From Carcharhinus amblyrhynchos (lineage: Eukaryota), in contig OZ336870.1 in NCBI GenBank assembly GCA_965287045.1, forward strand, positions 154,690,001 to 154,754,000: 64,000 nucleotides of DNA, in the 5' to 3' direction. The first letter of the stretch is position 1. Each line of letters opens with the position of its first letter. The notes beneath the pieces were generated by a model. That model searched no databases. It saw only the letters and a list, made by a program, of their open reading frames with translations, and was not told where the DNA came from. Positions 62,751-64,000 of the stretch are shown here, one piece after another. Made by a program: the position numbers and the translations under genes.

Positions 62751-64000
62751 AAATGTCATAAAAGACTGAAGTTTGCTATATTTCACTCTGTTTTTTTCAG
62801 CAAGCTACCCCATGCAATCTTCCCACACTGTCAGTTTTTGTAGCAGCAGGGAGATTCATGTCGCGGGGTCTCACCTTGGAAGCCGGCTGCAGGCTGCTCA
62901 GGGTGCCATTGTGCAGGTAACCCAATCTCCCAGTGCACTGGGTGATCTCCTGGCACCTCTTCCCCCTGCACCCCTATGGATCCCTCCCCCTGCCCCCTCA
63001 TAATTGGCAGCAGTATAACCACCCCCCCCACCCGCCAGTGGCAACACAGGTCACTGGCATCGGCATGATGGGACCTTTCCTAATAAGTCCCCCATCATGA
63101 ACCTCTCCATGGTTCACTGGGTCTGCAGCGTCCCTTTGCTGATTAGCCTCATGCACATCCCTGTTTTGCCAAACATCCCCTCTGCACACCACCCCCTTTG
63201 CTGATCATCCACCTTCGTCAATCAGATCTCATGCCTTGCCCCTCCCATCTGGAGCTCCCCACCTTGACCCCCCCTGCAGTTCCCCCCTCCTTCGCTCCCA
63301 TCATTGTTCCACACACTCAGGCTCCTCCCCTCACTCAGGCCCCATACCAGCCCCACACCACCACACCACGGCCCCCCCCCCCCACCCCCCACCCCCGTGC
63401 CCTGCCTGTGGCTTTGTTATGGTGCTTGATGTGCATTGCTTGCCCATACCCCAATCACCTAGGGGCTTCAATAGCCTCTGATTTGCCTGGCATGGCCATC
63501 AATCACGTCTGGTATCTGTTGGATGAGGACCATGAATGATTCTCGTCAGCAGAAGCACTGCCGATGACGGGGGAAGCACTGGGAGGCCAAAAAATGGTGT
63601 TAATGCTAATGATGATATCAATATTTAAATTGGCTTTGCGCCTTTTTGCACACATAGCCGACTGCGCTGGCAAAACTGGGCTGGGAAGATGGCTTTCGGC
63701 ACGAGTCTGGTTCGCACATGATGCAAGAGCCTCGCACGCTATCTTCCTGGCCTGCTGCTCTGATCAGCAGACCAGAAAGGTCATGTCCATCGGAATTGGA
63801 GAAGGCCATTCAGCCTTTCAGATCTATTTCACCATTTGACAAAATTAGGGCTGGTGCGCGTACCTTAACTCCCAGCAGCTTATCTTGATTCTGCAACCTT
63901 TAATGCAATTGCCAAACTAAAACCTACCTTTCTTAGTTTTGAAATTTTTAATTGACCTGGGGCAAAACTCTGGGTTGTTGAGGATAAATGTTGGCTTGCT

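Noticed and set aside
60221-63839. Pro/Gly-rich ORFs
   Set aside because: Products of C/G-rich repeat interiors; no transposase motif recognised.
1-64000. CRISPR arrays, rRNA, prokaryotic operons or retron-like systems
   Set aside because: No regularly spaced repeat-spacer array or rRNA motif; all RTs are eukaryotic LINE/LTR types.

Overview
Repeat-rich eukaryotic non-coding DNA, almost certainly from a cartilaginous fish (shark-type HE1/V-SINEs with CR1/HER1-like partner LINEs). I recognise no host protein-coding exon, so the window is probably a very long intron or intergenic region. Every recognisable ORF comes from a retroelement: several CR1 LINE subfamilies (one with an uninterrupted ORF of at least 757 aa at the left edge), two decayed Ty3/Gypsy elements, solo LTRs, RTE, Rex1/Babar, Tx1, L2 and a Penelope-like element, plus MITE-like elements. 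Best leads: (1) a young CR1 whose long 3' UTR carries a headless V-SINE V-domain; (2) Penelope-type hammerhead ribozyme remnants, including a TSD-flanked 210-bp fold-back mini-element; (3) a near-perfect 152-bp palindrome; (4) a candidate recursive splice site with RS-exon; (5) a CTCF site with upstream motif; (6) an internally deleted RTE with a 38-bp TSD. Boundaries of old repeats are approximate, read by eye, and family names come from motif recognition, not database searches.
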